Origin: Haliotis rufescens
Lineage: Eukaryota
Direction: 5' to 3'
DNA: 64,000 nt
Assembly: GCF_023055435.1 (NCBI RefSeq)
Contig: NW_025963890.1
Coordinates: 48,112,001-48,176,000, forward strand
The notes beneath the pieces are model-generated. The model was not told the origin of the DNA, did not search any database, and worked only from the letters and a program-made list of their open reading frames with translations. Shown here piece by piece: positions 39,401 through 50,537 of the stretch; position 1 is the stretch's first letter; every line of letters begins with the position of its first letter. Position numbers and translations under genes: made by a program.

Positions 39401-42400
39401 ATAGCCGGCACCCCCGGGTCTTCCTACCAAGTCGATGTCCTCCACCTCTATACCTTTGGAGTCTTCCTCTATGTCATCGCTGGCACTCCCGGGTCTTCCT
39501 CCCAAGTAGATGTCCTCCACCTCTAAGCCTTCGGAGTCTTCCTCTGTCATCGCCGGCACAACCTGGTCTTCCTCCCAAGTCGATGTCCTCCACCTCTAAG
39601 CCTTCGGAGTCTTCTTCTATGTCATCACCGGCACAACCGGGTCTTCCTCCCAAGTCGATGTCCTCCACCTCTAAGCCTTCGGAGTCTTCCTCTATGTCAT
39701 AGCCAGCACCCCCGGGTCTTCCTACCAAGTCGATGTCCTCCACCTCTATACCTTTGGAGTCTTCCTCTATGTCATCGCTGGCACTCCCGGGTCTTCCTCC
39801 CAAAAAGATGTCCTCCACCTCTAAGCCTTCGGAGTCTTCCTCTGTCATCGCCGGCACAACCGGGTCTTCCTCCCAAGTCGATGTCCTCCACCTCTAAGCC
39901 TTCGGAGTCTTCCTCTATGTCATCGCCGGCACAACTGGGTCTTCCTCCCAAGTCGATGTCCTCCACCTCTATGCCTTCGGAGTCTTCCTCTATGTCATCG
40001 CCGGCACAACCGGGTCTTCCTCCCAAGTCGATGTCCTCCACCTCTAAGACTTCGGAGTCTTCCTCTATGTCATCGCCGGCACAACCGGATCTTCCTCCCA
40101 AGTCGATGTCCTCCACCTCTAAGCCTTCGGAGTCTTCCTCTATGTCATCGCCGACACAACCGGGTCTTCCTCCCAAGTCGATGTCCTCCACCTCTAAGCC
40201 TTCGGAGTCTTCCTCTATGTCATCGCCGTCACAACCGGGTCTTCCTCCCAAGTCGATGTCCTCCACCTCTAAGCCTTCGGAGTCTTCCTCTATGTCATCG
40301 CCAGCACCCCCGGGTCTTCCTCCCAAGTCGATGTCCTCCACCTCTAAGCCTTCGGAGTCTTCCTCTATGTCATCGCCAGCACAACCGGGTCTTCCTCACA
40401 AGTGGATGTCCTCCACCTCTAAGCCTTCGGAGTCCTTCTCTATGTCATCGCCGGCACAACCGGGTCTTCCTCCCAAGTCCATGTCCTCCACCTCTAAGCC
40501 TTCGGAGTCTTCCTCTATGTCATCGCCGGCACCCCCGAGTCTTCCTCCCAAGTTGATGTCCTCCACCTCTATGCCTTCGGAGTCTTCCTCTATGTCATCG
40601 CCGGCACAACCGGGTCTTCCTCCCAAGTCGATGTCCTCCACCTCTAAGCCTTCGGAGTCTTCCCCTATGTCATTGCCGGCACCCCCGGGTCTTCCTCCCA
40701 AGTCGATGTCCTCCACCTCTAAGCCTTCGGAGTCTTCCTCTATGTCATCGCTTGCACCCCCGGGTCTTCCTCCCAAGTCGATGTCCTCCACCTCTAAGCC
40801 TTCGGAGTCTTCCTCTATGTCATCCCCAGCACAACCGGGTCTTCCTCCGAAGTCGATGTGCATCACCTCTATGCGTTCGGAGTCTTCCTCTATGTCATCG
40901 CCAGCACAACCGGGTCTTCCTATAAAGTCGATGTCCTCCACCTCTATGCTTTCGGAGTCTTCCTCTATGTCATCGCTGGCACCCCCGGGTCTTCCTCCCA
41001 AGTCGATGTCCTCCGCCCCAGTGGATTTTTTTAATCCAGCATCCATCCATGCTTTTTTAGAACAACTGCTTCAATTGATGCAGCAACCTTGGTCTGGCAC
41101 CTCCCTCCGTCAGTTTCCTCTGTCCAGCCATCTTCTGTAGGAGGGAGGCTTCAAACTTACTGGAGGCTTTGGGAGTTCCTGCAGGATCTGTGACTGGGAT
41201 CCTCCGTCGCGGGTTCCGCCCGCAGTTTCGTGCCATTCCTCCTCTCACTACCAATCAGTTGGAACCTAGATACTGGCCTCTAGATCTGCTGGGCTCTGCA
41301 GGCCAATGTCAACATTCTGATTGCCAAGGATGCGGTGGAAGCCCTGGATGCCTCTACCATCATGCCAGGATTTTACACCCTGTCTTCGTGGTGCCCAAGA
41401 AGAGTTCAAAGATGCGAATGATTCACAATCTGGCGCTATTCAATTAACACTACCTCGCTCCTCCGCTGCATTTCCCAATGTTCTCCGTACACTTCGCCAC
41501 ATGATCCAGCCGATGGACCACCTCATCAGTCTGGACCTGCAGGATGCCTACCTGCATGTTCCCATTCATGCAGCGCATCGTCGATTCCTCTGTTTCATCT
41601 CCAGGTGGAAAGTGCTTCCATTTCGAATTTCCACAGCCCCGTGGTTGTTCACTTGTACCATCAAGCCCATCATTGCGTTCAACGCATTCATCGACGACTG
41701 TATCCTCAGCCACATCATCCTGCAGGTCCTGACACGTCAAAGGGACTTAACCCTTCAACCCTTGGCTTGGTTGGGTGGTCAACTTGGAGAAATCAGATCT
41801 TACTCCTTCTCACAACTCATCAGCAGCCTCTTTCTAACAGAATGCAACTTGATACAAGTTCCGCCAGATCGGTTCCAAGCCATCCAGTCCGGGTCCAGAT
41901 AGCACTCTGTCAACCCTTCAACCTCCAACAGTCGCAGACTTTACTAAGTCGTTTGCCTTCGGCTCAAGATCTTAGGGGCGGTCCGGTAGCCTTGTGGTTA
42001 AAGCGTTCGCTCGTCACGCTGAAGACCCGGGTTCGATTCCCGACATGGGTACAATGTGTGAAGCCCATTTCTGGTGTCCCCCGCCGTGATATTGCTGGAA
42101 TATTGCTAAAAGCGGCGTAAAACCATACTCACTCACTCACTCACTCAGGATCTTACCTCAAGGGGTCACCCTCAAGTACATCCCCTTCAGTGGTTTCTCC
42201 TACCGTTTCTGCGCTTACACCTGACAGGTACCCCCCACTCTGCCTGTAGAGTTCGGGCCGTTTTTGGAGTCGTGGTTAGCCCCATCCAATTTCATGAGTG
42301 GTACCTCTATATTTAGGTTCAAGGCCACCCACCATGTATTTGTAGACACGTCTCTCCAAGGAAACAACATGCGTTCTTTGGACGCTGACCAAACGTTCCT

Positions 42401-43339
42401 TACATGTCAACAACCCAGAGTTCAAAGCAGTCACACCAGACGGTCTCTGGCATGTTTCCAAAAGTCCCCGAGGCTCATTGTTCCTCAACTCCTTCCTGAG
42501 TTACCCGTCCCAGTCCTAATTGGGACCATATTTCCCCTCTCTCAAGCCGTTGGGTGTTTGGGTAGCCTAGTGGTATACGCGTTCGGTCACCACGCCAAAG
42601 ACCCGGGTTCGATTCCCGACATGGGTACATTGTGTGAAGCCCATTTCTGGTGTTCCCCGCGGTGATATTGCTCTAATATTGCAAAAATCAGCATAAAACC
42701 ATATTCACTCACTCCCTCAGTCACTCTCTCAACACACCTTGCTTTTGTCCATTGTCAAGCGTTGTTCTCTCTACCTTCGGACAACTGTTCTGTTCCAGGA
42801 TGGCTGGAGCTGCTTCTGGAGGGAACCTTGGATGATGCTGTCGCTGTGCTTCTTCAGCGTGACTGGCACTTATCACAATAAGCCCACCTTCCATGTCAGT
42901 CGAAAATGTCACTGTGTAGTATCAGGTGTGGTAAAACTCGAGCATTTCAGGATAAATGCAATGTTTTTATACTTACCTGATGCTACACCTGTAGTCCCAC
43001 CCAGACTTTGTCCGCCTCCTCTGCTTACCGCCCCAGCGCCACTGTCTACACTGTGCCTGCTGCCATACAGTGAAGAATATGAGGGAGTACGGACCAAGGT
43101 TGATAATTCAAGGCACAGACATGTTATAGTCTGTTTCAACTGTCTCTCTGTTCCAGTACTGTCTGTTTGTTAAAAGGTAGGGAAGCTAAAGCACTGTTGT
43201 GTTGGGTAAGTACAAAAACACTGCATTTATCCCGAAATGCTCATATTTTATTTATTTCTTTTTCAGTTTACAGTCACAGTTTGTTCCCATGTTTTCCTCC
43301 CCTGTTGAAGTGCCCTGTGTGCCAACGACAGAGATATGA
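21442..43339 (+). CDS. Ceramide kinase-like protein, copy B (485 aa, complete)
   Basis: Twelve phase-consistent exons: 21442-21562, 24530-24739, 24837-24959, 26026-26089, 27123-27268, 28024-28098, 30103-30249, 32364-32466, 34829-34869, 36288-36475, 37410-37576, 43267-43339 (1458 nt, TGA). Motifs: NPIGGKG, VGGDG, PAGTGNG, AYGFYSD, DVDGE, and C-terminal RLQSQFVPMF matching the CERK RVHCQLVRLF strand. Confidence 0.88.
22848..23020. repeat. About 66-bp tandem repeat with CTCTGATTGG, next to a 22400-22515 inverted repeat
   Basis: About 2.6 copies; probably part of a non-autonomous DNA element. Confidence 0.7.
23319..23473 (+). mobile_element. SINE family A
   Basis: GGTAGCCTAGTGGTTAAAGC head and conserved tail. 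Confidence 0.75.
27445..27708 (+). mobile_element. Retroposon family B (Nin-domain-like, no tRNA head), representative copy
   Basis: Starts GACCCGTGAAG, has TGTCGTAAGAGGCGACTAA-type core and (AAAC)n tail, TSD caatggtgYcttt. Other copies at about 4766-5030(-), 9165-9420(-), 9521-9736(+), 13558-13680(-), 14362-14600(-), 14922-15191(-), 18855-19060(-), 25135-25390(+), 26661-26915(+), 43796-43950(+), 53640-53800(-), 53805-54055(+), 56088-56195(-). Confidence 0.8.
27709..28038. repeat. 46-bp tandem repeat of a splice acceptor plus exon start
   Basis: Seven copies of ...CTCTCTCATCTTCTCTATCAAG|GTACAGGCAATGGTGT. Confidence 0.95.
28262..30023. repeat. 26-bp minisatellite
   Basis: ACAGTTAGAATGTCTGTTGTGTGGAA, more than 60 copies. 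Confidence 0.95.
30689..31519. mobile_element. TA-MITE containing a fragment of the CAATCTC-TIR family
   Basis: TA|CAGTCAAGTCCCGTTAATCCGACA...TGTCGGATTAACGAGACTTGACTG|TA. Confidence 0.7.
31661..32183 (+). mobile_element. tRNA-derived SINE family D (Meta-domain-like) with expanded (CACCT)n tail
   Basis: tRNA head, body GGACTGGTTGGCTC...CAGTGGGCAAGCACTAT, CACCT tail. Confidence 0.75.
32504..34747. repeat. 14-bp minisatellite
   Basis: GATGTAGAGTGCCA and variants. Confidence 0.95.
34915..35160. repeat. 61-bp tandem repeat
   Basis: Four copies. Confidence 0.9.
35430..36026. mobile_element. MITE with long TIRs, about 9-bp TSD, nested in a TA-MITE
   Basis: CAATCTCATTAAAATCAGA...TCTGATTTTAATGAGATTG; flanks agataaact / aaataaact. 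Confidence 0.75.
36482..37321. repeat. 25-bp minisatellite followed by (ACTC)n microsatellite
   Basis: TGGTTACTGTATACTCCATGCAT-type unit (period estimated by eye); (ACTC)n at 37236-37321. Confidence 0.9.
37572..38125. repeat. 40-bp tandem repeat starting at a splice donor
   Basis: ATACG|GTATGCAAAC... about 14 copies. Confidence 0.95.
38423..38598 (+). mobile_element. SINE family A
   Basis: Full length; TSD acatatca. Confidence 0.85.
38960..41015 (+). repeat. 81-bp (27-codon) tandem repeat in the DIRS 5' ORF region
   Basis: About 25 copies encoding MSSTSKPSESSSMSSPAQPGLPPKS-type units, with some frameshifts and stops. Confidence 0.95.
41976..42146 (+). mobile_element. SINE family A, inside DIRS
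   Basis: Full length, tRNA-Asp(GTC)-like head; TSD gatctta. Confidence 0.85.
42552..42715 (+). mobile_element. SINE family A, inside DIRS
   Basis: Diverged full-length copy. Confidence 0.8.
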
Positions 43340-43959
43340 CTCCCCAGGACCAGCCAGCTGTTTCAGGGGGAGCAATAGATTCCCTGTGGAACACCTGTTT
43401 CAGGGGGAGCAATAGATTCCCTGGAGAACACCTGTTTCAGGAGGGACCAGGGGTCAAGGAAAGTACCCAGCATTCAACACTCAGATCAAGAAAATGCTAC
43501 CCTCCATCACCCAACTGTGCCTTTATCCTGTGGAACTGTGTTGCCATCCAGCTGAGCACGACCACCAGCTTGTGGTGTGAGGTAACATATGGCAGCTACT
43601 CCACTGTAACAAGGAACAGGGCATGTCTTGCATGGCGGAGATGACTTTCAAAACGTACGCTATGTATGTTTTTACCTGTTGACTTAAAGATGTTGTACAA
43701 CTTCTTAGTTTGAACTTTCCTAGTCTGTGGATGTATATGTGTCTGTAACTGAACTTATATACCCAGAAGAATATGTCTTGTATCGACCTACCATAAACCC
43801 GTGAAGATCCAGGTTAAAATTGGTCTTCAGTAACCCATGTTTGTTGCAAGAGGCGACTAACGGGATCTGGTGGTCAGGCTCGCTGACTTAGTGGATGCAC
43901 ATCATTGTATACCAATTTGGTAGATCGATGCTCGTGATCACTGGATTGTCTGTGTTCTT

Positions 43960-44632
43960 CCCAGTTGATCAAAATTGTCTGTTTACTGATGTCACAGACA
44001 GCTCTATATTTACCAATTGGTCCATATTGCCTGTTTACTGATGTGACAGACAGCTCTATATTTACCAGATGGTCCATATTGCCTGTTTGCTGAGGTTACA
44101 CACAGCTCTATACTTACCAGTTGGTCCATATTGCCTGTTTGCTGATGTCACAGACAGCTCTATATTTACCAGTTGGTCCATATTGCCTGTTTACTGATGT
44201 CACAGACAGCTGTATACTTCCCAGTTGGTCCATATTGTCTGTTTACTGATGTGACAGACAGCTGTATACGTCCCAGTTGGTCCATATTGCCTGTTTGCTG
44301 ATGTCACAGACAGCTCTATATTTACCAGTTGGTCCATATTGCCTGTTTACTGATGTGACAGACAGCTCTATATTTACCAGATGGTCCATATTGCCTGTTT
44401 GCTGATGTCACAGACAGCTCTATATTTACCAGTTGGTCCATATTGCCTGTTTACTGATGTGACAGACAGCTCTATATGTACCAGTTGGTCCATATTGCCT
44501 GTTTGCTGATGTCACAGACAGCTCTATATTAACCAGTTGGTCCATATTGTCTGTTTGCAGATGTGACAGACAGCTCTATATTTACCAGTTGGTCCATATT
44601 GTCTGTTTGCAGATGTCACAGACAGCTCTATA
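43960..44632. repeat. 52-bp minisatellite
   Basis: TTGGTCCATATTGCCTGTTTRCTGATGTSACAGACAGCTCTATATTTACCAG, about 12.5 copies. Confidence 0.95.
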
Positions 44633-47600
44633 GTTTCTGATTGATTCTGTACACCGATGTCAATAGCCAAAATGAAATTGACAATCGTTTTTCTCGTTTT
44701 TTATGCTGGAATGTTCATGGGTTGTTTAGTAAGCTGTCAAATGACAACTTTAATTCGTATTTGGAAACATTTGACGTTATTTGTTTATTTGAAACATTTC
44801 TTGACTCAGTCGACTTCGATTGGTTACCTGGATTTAAAGTCTTCTACTCCCCGGCGGTAAAGCTGTCCGGTCGTGGGAGAAAATGTGGTGGTGTTTGTTT
44901 TGCCATTAGAAATGAGTTTGCTCAGTTTTGTAATGTATTTAATAGTAATTCCGGTATTGATAATTTCTTGTCAATTATATTGAAGAAAAACCTCTTTGGA
45001 ACGCCTAAAGGTGTATTGTTTTGCCCCTTGTACATACCACCAGAAAACTCTACATACTATGACAAACATCAAAATATTAACATACATGATAAATTCGATG
45101 AATTCTTTCTTGATAGAGCAGACCGTCTCTCTGAATACACTGTGCTTCTTTGTGGAGATTTTAACTCTAGAACAGGTTGTGAAAATAATTTAGTTGATCA
45201 AGAATCGACCACAAATGATCCCGATATTTTCCCTGAAATTGACATTGTAGATGCATGTATATCTTGGCTTGACAATGTTATTAATAAGTTTGGACGATTT
45301 CTAATTAACTTCTGTTATGTTTTCAACTTGTTCATACTAAATGGCAGAGTTAATGGCGACATGAATGGTGAATATACATTCATTAGTGGTAATGGTAGTA
45401 GTACTATTGATTCTTTTATTGCCTCATCTGATTTCTACAAGTTTGTTTATAATCTTACAGTTGCCGAGAGTCTTGACTCGGACCACTGCCCTCTTGAACT
45501 GAGTTGTTCATTTCCACGAGAAAACACAAATAGATTTTCACAATCTAATAGCACTAACTCGGCAGGTAGATTTGTATGGAATGAATTGCATAGAGATGAA
45601 TTTGTACACTGTCTTAGTGATCGTTTGGCTGAAACTTCACAGACTCTTCTGACTACGCTAAACACTAACATAAACGATGCAGTTGATCTTTTTGTAAATC
45701 TACTACTTGAGTCAGGGCAGTGTATGAAAAAAACAGTTCTTGGAAATAAACCACGTAAATATACTTTCAATTTAAACAGCGAGTGTAGAGAACATAGGAG
45801 ATCAGCAAGACGAACGCTAAGAAAGTTCCGTAAAAATAGATCTGAATCTAATAGGAAAACTTATTGTCAGTTACGCAACAAATATAAAACAGAATGTAAA
45901 AGCTTTTTAAAATCCCTTAAACTAACCAAATTAAATCATCTAAATGCCTCATTATCAAACCAAAAACGGTTCTGGAGAGAAATTAATTCTCTACGCAGTC
46001 CATCATCTGTTCAGAATAATATCACAGGCACAGAGTGTCTGACTCATTTTAAGCATGTGTTTAGCAATGATCTTATATTCCATGATGTTATTGAACATGA
46101 GCATGACGATATTGCTGTTTATAACCCATCAGATGTTGAGTTTGACATTCTTGAGTCCGAAATAACAAGAAAGGAAATTCTCGATGCTATTGACTCACTT
46201 AAACCTGGAAAATCTCCAGGCCCTGACAATATCTTAGCGGATATGCTGAAGAGTTTCAAACACATAACTGTTCCATTTTTGCATTCTCTCTTTAACGACA
46301 TATTCAACAAAGGTATATTTCCGTCAACTTGGTCAAAATCTATCATTGTTCCTCTATTTAAGAAGGGTGATACAAGCGATCCTGATAATTATAGAGCAAT
46401 TTCATTGACAAGTATTTTAGGTAAAGTTTTTGCTATAGTTTTAAACAAGCGTTTAACGCTCTGGTCTAATGTTTATGATAATATTCCAGAAAATCAGGCA
46501 GGCTTCAGACGATCATATTCACCTATCGACCATATTTTTACACTTTATTCTATTGTACAAAAATATCTTGGATGCCGGGAACGAAAACTGTATGTTGCAT
46601 TTGTGGACTTCAAAAAAGCTTTTGATAGTGTTAATCGTTGTAAACTTTGGGATTGTTTGAGAAAAACGGGCGTTGGGGGTAAAATGTATAAAATGTTAAA
46701 ATCTATATATGCAAATGTCAAATAATGTGTTTGTCACAAAAATGGTGTCACTGATTACTTTGATTGCCCTATCGGTGTGAAACAAGGCTGCATTTTTAGC
46801 CCTCTCCTTTTCTCTTTCTTTATCAACGAATTGTCCCTTGAAATCCAACAAAACGGAAAACATGGTGTCCAACTTTATCCAGATATGTATGAATTGCTAA
46901 TATTACTTTTCGCAGACGATGTTATACTAATTTCTGATACTGTTAATGGGCTTCAAACACAAATAGACATATTGTTTCAGTATACTATCTCCTGGAAACT
47001 GACCGTTAATACAGATAAAACGAAAATTGTTGTTTTTAGAAAGGGGGGTCCTCTTGCATCCAGGGAAAAATGGTATATAAATGGGCAACAAATTAATGTT
47101 GAAAAAACTTATAAATACCTTGGTGTCATTTTTCCTTTTAATCTGAAACTAAATCACCTCGTCAACGATATTGCGCTACGAGCTAAGAGAGCCCTCATTA
47201 CTTTATTTGTTGTTCTTGATAAACTCCATGTGTCTTCCCCGTCTGTTTTCTTCAAACTTTTTGATTCTCAAGTTAAACCAATTCTGTTATATGGTTCAGA
47301 GATTTGAGGTCTCGAGAAATATCACATCTTGGAAAAAATTCACTTAACTGCATGTAAACGATTCTTAAATGTTGCCAAATCTACCCCAAATTGTATGGTG
47401 TATGGTGAATGTGGAAGACATCCCTTATATATCTGTTCTTATGTACGCGGTCTAAAATATTGATTAAAAATTACAGAAATGTCACCTCATCGTATTCCAC
47501 GTAAATGTTATGAAATGCTGAAATACCGCGACAATGTTGGTTATATAACATGGGTCACTAAAATCAGACAACTTTTATTTCTTCATGGATTTGGATATGT

Positions 47601-48322
47601 TTGGATTTACCAAGGTGTTGGAGATAAGACAGTACTTCTTAGTGTATTTAAACAAGTTGCATCTGATATGTTTATCCAAGAATGGAGAGCTACATTGGAA
47701 AATAGTTCAAGATACGACCTTTATAAAACATTTAAATCCTGCTTATCTCCAGAACAGTACTTAACAGAAATAACAGACAGAAAACTCGTGTGTTTTTTAC
47801 GCGATTTAGATTAGGTTTGAACAATTTAGTATGTAATACGGGTCGTTTTTCCTCAGTTTTAAAAAAAATGCGTTTTTGTCCTTTTTGCCCGACATTTATT
47901 GAAAACGAATACCATTTTATGCTTGTCTGTCCATGTTATGAATCGCTCAGAACAAAATATTTCCAAGGTTTACCCCAAAACATCAATACACTAATCAAGC
48001 TCCTCCGTTTTGATGAAATATCTAACGAGCAACAAAAGAATACTATCCTATACATTAATTATGGTTTACGACTTCGCAACCGTCTTTGTACAAATGATGT
48101 TTAATTATTCTTGAGGTTATTTGCCTTTATTAATCAAATGCTTTAATCTCCTCTTGTTGTGTTGTGATGCGATTTATTTTTCACAAAATTGTACACGTGC
48201 ACATCTCTGTGCATATAAGTCTGCATGTTTATACTTGTACATGTACAAAATCGTATATATATATAATATTATTGTATGTATATGGGCCTATGGCCTGAAT
48301 ACAAAAAATGATGATGATGATG
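44633..48322 (+). mobile_element. Non-LTR retrotransposon (APE endonuclease + RT + C-terminal CCHC), decayed; possibly RTE-X-like
   Basis: WNVHGL, CGDFNSR, SDH (APE); KSPGPD, NYRAISL, QAGFR, FVDFKKAFDSV, KQGC, LLFADD (RT); CPFC..ENEYHF..CP. In-frame stops at 46723, 47305, 47461 and a frameshift near 47795. (ATG)n tail after AATACA. Confidence 0.9.
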
Positions 48323-48629
48323 ATTGGTCCATAGTGTAATGCTACTGTGGTATATAGGCTTTTTCATAATCATATAGTATAGTTCAGTAGAGGGGTGCAC
48401 AATATAGTCCATTTGTATAACATGATCTGTGGGCTGGAATCTCTTTCTTTTGCAACTGCACCTATTACCTGCTGGGGTGACTTGAAGGGTCTGCTGTTTA
48501 TATTCAGTAAGCATCATAGCCTTTGAATTGTTCACATAACCAGACTATTTCAAACGTCATTCACCGACATCAATTCCTTTCTAAATGTGGCCACTGACGT
48601 GCAACATCTAGTGTAGGGAGAGGATAACG

Positions 48630-49796
48630 CAATCTCATTAAAATCAGATCTTAGTTCTCACTATGCTAAACAAAGATCTGAGGACATCCCATTAAGGGTC
48701 ACGTCAGAACGACCTTTCATCCAACCAATCAGAGCGTCGCTTACCAGATCATTAAAGTGACAGTCGGAATGTGTTTTCTAATCATGCAACCACGAAATAT
48801 TTAACACGGGGTATTCCGAACGACAGTTACGGGTTTTATGATTATATCCATACAATCTAGGCCATCTATAAGCCATTCCAGAGTGTTCTTCTTGTCAGTT
48901 TTAATTTTTTTAAGTGAGAATATGTCAGAATATGTTTCAAAGCGTAGTCGCCAGTTGGAAACTAGTTTCATAAAGCTCGAGAAAGCTGCCTTCTGATTGG
49001 CTAATGTCAATTTCTTGTGAGTCATTTCATTGGTCGGTCAAAATTTGCGAAAGGTTGTTATGACGTGACCCGTAATGGGATGTCCTCAGATCTTTGTTTA
49101 GCGGTAGCGAGAACTAAGATCTGATTTTAAAGGGCAAGTTCACACGGAAATGAACCAATTTTTCTTGTACTTTTTCCACATTAAAAGTGTTAACATAGAA
49201 GTGTCATAGACAAAAATATAAAAACATCATATTTAATTAACATATTTTTTGCATTAAAACGATTTATATTTTTCACATTTACTAAGTGTTCTATTTCCAT
49301 AACAAAAACACCATGGCTTATGCCCCTTGCAATATGACGTCATTGGTGCCAATTGATAAACATTATGACGTCATCATGCTTTGTTAGAGCCGCTTCACGT
49401 GGTGTAGGTACAGTTTTGTGATTTTAGCGTCTCAGATGCCAGCCAGAATTGTGTTATACTGAGTCACCACTGCGCCGGAGTGTGTCGTAGACCATGTTGT
49501 TTTACATAAAAACTGGTCCTTGATATCTTTTGCGTTGAGAATAGACAGGGACCCAGTTGAATTAGCACCAATTACGTCATAATCTAAGGGGGATAACTCA
49601 GGCCTATTTTGCTCGTAAAACGAAGGCCTTATAACGACATATCATTTTAACACTATTGTGAGCTTCCTACTTTCACTGTGAGAAAAAATGAGTGTATATT
49701 TTCAAACACAGATACTAACTAATTCTAAAATTGCGTTTTGTTTAGAAAAAGAAAGAAAGTGATTTTTGCGTGTACACTTCCCCTTTAATGATATTG
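48630..49796. mobile_element. MITE with CAATCTCATTAAAATCAGA TIRs
   Basis: TIRs at both ends, flanked by gaggataacg / gaggataaag (about 10-bp TSD). Same family as 35430-36026. Confidence 0.75.
49131..49784. mobile_element. TTAA-targeting non-autonomous DNA transposon (Kolobok-like)
   Basis: TTAA|AGGGCAAGTTCACACG...CGTGTACACTTCCCCT|TTAA, inserted into the right TIR of the 48630 MITE. Confidence 0.7.
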
Positions 49797-50374
49797 GAGG
49801 ATAAAGATTCTCCCTTGTGTGTTCATCTGGTAGAGATACCTTCAATGAGCTGTTGAAGGCTCTCACTTCAAGTTCATTAATCTTCTTGCTGATAACTGAA
49901 GCTTTCCTAGAAGTCATGGTTGACAGTATTGGTTTAGTACTTGGTCCATCAACATTCAGGGCTTAGCAATACTGTCTGTCACAAACATTGTCAGATTGTG
50001 CATTGAGGAGTGTATACAAGCCTTGCAGAGTTAGGGTTTGGCCCAATGAGACACACAGACTGGTACTATCATGGAGCACTTGCTCGATGTGCATGGAGGT
50101 TGGATGACACTTCGTACACTTCCTACATGTCCCTCATTTTTGGCAATCCTTGCAAATGTCCCTGTTCCAAACATCCAAAGCAGAGACTTCCTTTCATGAC
50201 AATATCCCTCCGAAACTGTAGTCTTTAGCAAATTGACAATCACATATATAACATGAAATATGGAATTAAATGTCACTTCCCTACACACCTACATACAATG
50301 TATGTATAATGCAGAAGACAATCTGTCAACGACCTAAATTATTCATTAATCCAAGACCCTTATAATGATCATAA

Positions 50375-50537
50375 GGGGCGGTCGGGTAGCCTAGTGGTTA
50401 AAGCGTTCGCTCGTAATGCTGAAGACCCGGGTTCAATTCCCAACATGGGTACAATGTGTGAAGCCCATTTCTGGTGTCCCACGTCGTGATATTGCTGGAA
50501 TATTGCTAAAAGCAGCGTAAAACCATACTCACTCACT
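50375..50537 (+). mobile_element. SINE family A
   Basis: TSD tataatgatcat. Confidence 0.85.

Larger units (their letters stand above)
38746..43245 (+). mobile_element. DIRS-type tyrosine-recombinase retrotransposon, degenerate, in last intron of kinase copy B
   Basis: VGGRL..W, VFVVPKK, SLDLQDAYLHVPI, VLPF.ISTAP, FIDD (RT) and an RNase H remnant (HVFVDTS). Left terminus ttttatcttacctg near 38747. ICR at 42911-42988 is complementary to both the left terminus and the right end (43205-43242). Confidence 0.8.
48420..50250 (-). mobile_element. BEL/Pao LTR retrotransposon gag-protease remnant, interrupted by nested MITEs
   Basis: Frameshifted LCFGCLEQGH..C / CRKC...HPTSMH zinc knuckles, SMIVPV, AQSD..FVT, LSTMTS..LEVRAF..VSLP, then WPHLE on the far side of the 48630-49796 insertion. 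Confidence 0.6.

Noticed and set aside
38904-41140. Acidic (minus) or mucin-like (plus) repeat protein gene, such as a shell matrix protein
   Set aside because: Lies inside a DIRS element, runs directly into the pol remnant and contains frameshifts.
46723-46725. Programmed stop-codon readthrough in the LINE ORF
   Set aside because: Further stops and a frameshift downstream indicate ordinary decay.
49702-49917. Host exon MTSRKASVISKK... with a GT donor
   Set aside because: Better explained as part of the BEL/Pao protease-region remnant.
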